Source: an uncultured Acidobacteriota bacterium
GTDB taxonomy: Bacteria; Acidobacteriota; Thermoanaerobaculia; Multivoradales; JAHEKO01
Assembly (NCBI GenBank): GCA_963713825.1
Contig: CAVQNG010000034.1
Location: forward strand, 64,001 to 128,000
Direction of reading: 5' to 3'
DNA: 64,000 nucleotides
Numbering within the stretch: the first letter of the stretch is position 1; every line of letters starts with the position of its first letter. Both the position numbers and the translations under genes were made by a program. Below the pieces are notes generated by a model. That model had not been told where the DNA came from, did no database searches, and worked only from the letters and a program-made list of their open reading frames with translations. Below, piece after piece: positions 62,591-64,000 of this stretch.

Positions 62591-62666
62591 GCGGGCATAA
62601 CTCAGCTGGTAGAGTGCAAGCTTCCCAAGCTTGATGTCGCGGGTTCGAGTCCCGTTGCCCGCTCCA
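62591..62666 (+). tRNA. tRNA-Gly (anticodon CCC)
   Basis: GCGGGCA acceptor stem pairs with TGCCCGC; anticodon arm CAAGC-TTCCCAA-GCTTG; GGTTCGAGTCC T-arm; encoded CCA; 76 nt. Confidence 0.97.
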
Positions 62667-62788
62667 TTCACAGTTTGGAGACGCAGCCTGACCTGACGCC
62701 CTTCAACTGCCTACCTGGAAGGATCACTTTCATCCGACTTCCGATCGGCAGATCCAACAACTTCAAGTACCAGTAAAGGGGAGACCCG

Positions 62789-63330
62789 ATGGCCCTGTTC
62801 AACCGTGAAGACGAAAACCCCGATGTTCCTTCTGCGCCCAGAACGCCCAGCCCTGCCGTGACCCAGAAGGCCTCGGGCGGCGGCCGGAGCACCTATATCG
62901 GGCCAGGGGTCAAGATCAAAGGTGAGATCTCGGCGGATGCCGAAATGGTCGTGGATGGGGAGGTCCAGGGCCGTATGGAATTACAGGAGAATCTGATCAT
63001 CGGGCCCAAAGGGGTCGTCAATGGCGACATCGTCGCCCGCTCGGTCCAGGTCAATGGCAAAGTGATGGGCAATGTTCGAGGTACCGACCGTTTCGAGCTG
63101 GCACAGAGCGGTCGCATCGAAGGCGACGTGGTTTCGCCGCGGGTCGTCATTGCGGAAGGAGCCTTTTTCAAGGGCAATGTGGAGATGACCTCCCAGCAGG
63201 CACCGAGCAAGCCGGCAACAGGTCCGACCCAGCCGGGCACCGCGGCGCCTCAGATGGACAAATCCAGTGAGCAGACCAAACCTTCTCCTGGTGCCTCGAC
63301 CGGCACCGGGACCGTGACAGGGGGTCAAAA

Positions 63331-63334
<4 letters not shown>
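62789..63334 (+). CDS. Bactofilin (polymer-forming cytoskeletal protein)
   Basis: [41 protein letters not shown] beta-helix repeats; Pro/Thr-rich tails. Confidence 0.92.

Positions 63335-64000
<666 letters not shown>

Noticed and set aside
62591-62666. tRNA-Gly as attachment site of an integrated element
   Set aside because: No integrase nearby, and I noticed no duplicated tRNA 3' end in the window.

Overview
This is a high-GC bacterial chromosome segment, densely coding, with about 40 CDS and one tRNA-Gly(CCC). The host may be an Acidobacteriota (Thermoanaerobaculia-like) organism; this is a tentative inference from an IFADGFESG-type C-terminal remnant and the gene content. From left to right: (1) a tandem GAPDH pair, the first divergent at its active site, fused to a glycogen/maltodextrin cluster (glgC, a 1151-aa GH13, glgX, malQ, glgP); (2) housekeeping genes (mutL, rnc, asnS, EamA, DUF318 permease, rimO, ribF, trxA, a HerA/DUF87-like ATPase, guaB, secA, M23 peptidase); (3) an acetate/acetyl-CoA block with acs divergent from an operon of OFA-type MFS, ADP-forming acyl-CoA synthetase and a CoA-transferase-GNAT fusion, converging on maeB; (4) yifB/comM, then a sucrose islet (SPS, SPP, fructokinase, sucrose synthase) bounded on the left by an internally deleted IS6 relic and on the right by a scar of gene fragments and IS3-like ends; (5) a RodZ-HTH/DUF2914 protein, hutH-hutU, a giant NtrY-like orphan kinase, a metzincin-OPT-glutaminyl cyclase operon, tRNA-Gly, bactofilin and a partial ald. 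The best candidates for an undescribed system are the 'split PatZ with inserted CoA-transferase' acetate-switch module and the translationally coupled divergent/canonical GAPDH pair. All family calls come from motif recognition by eye; no searches were run.
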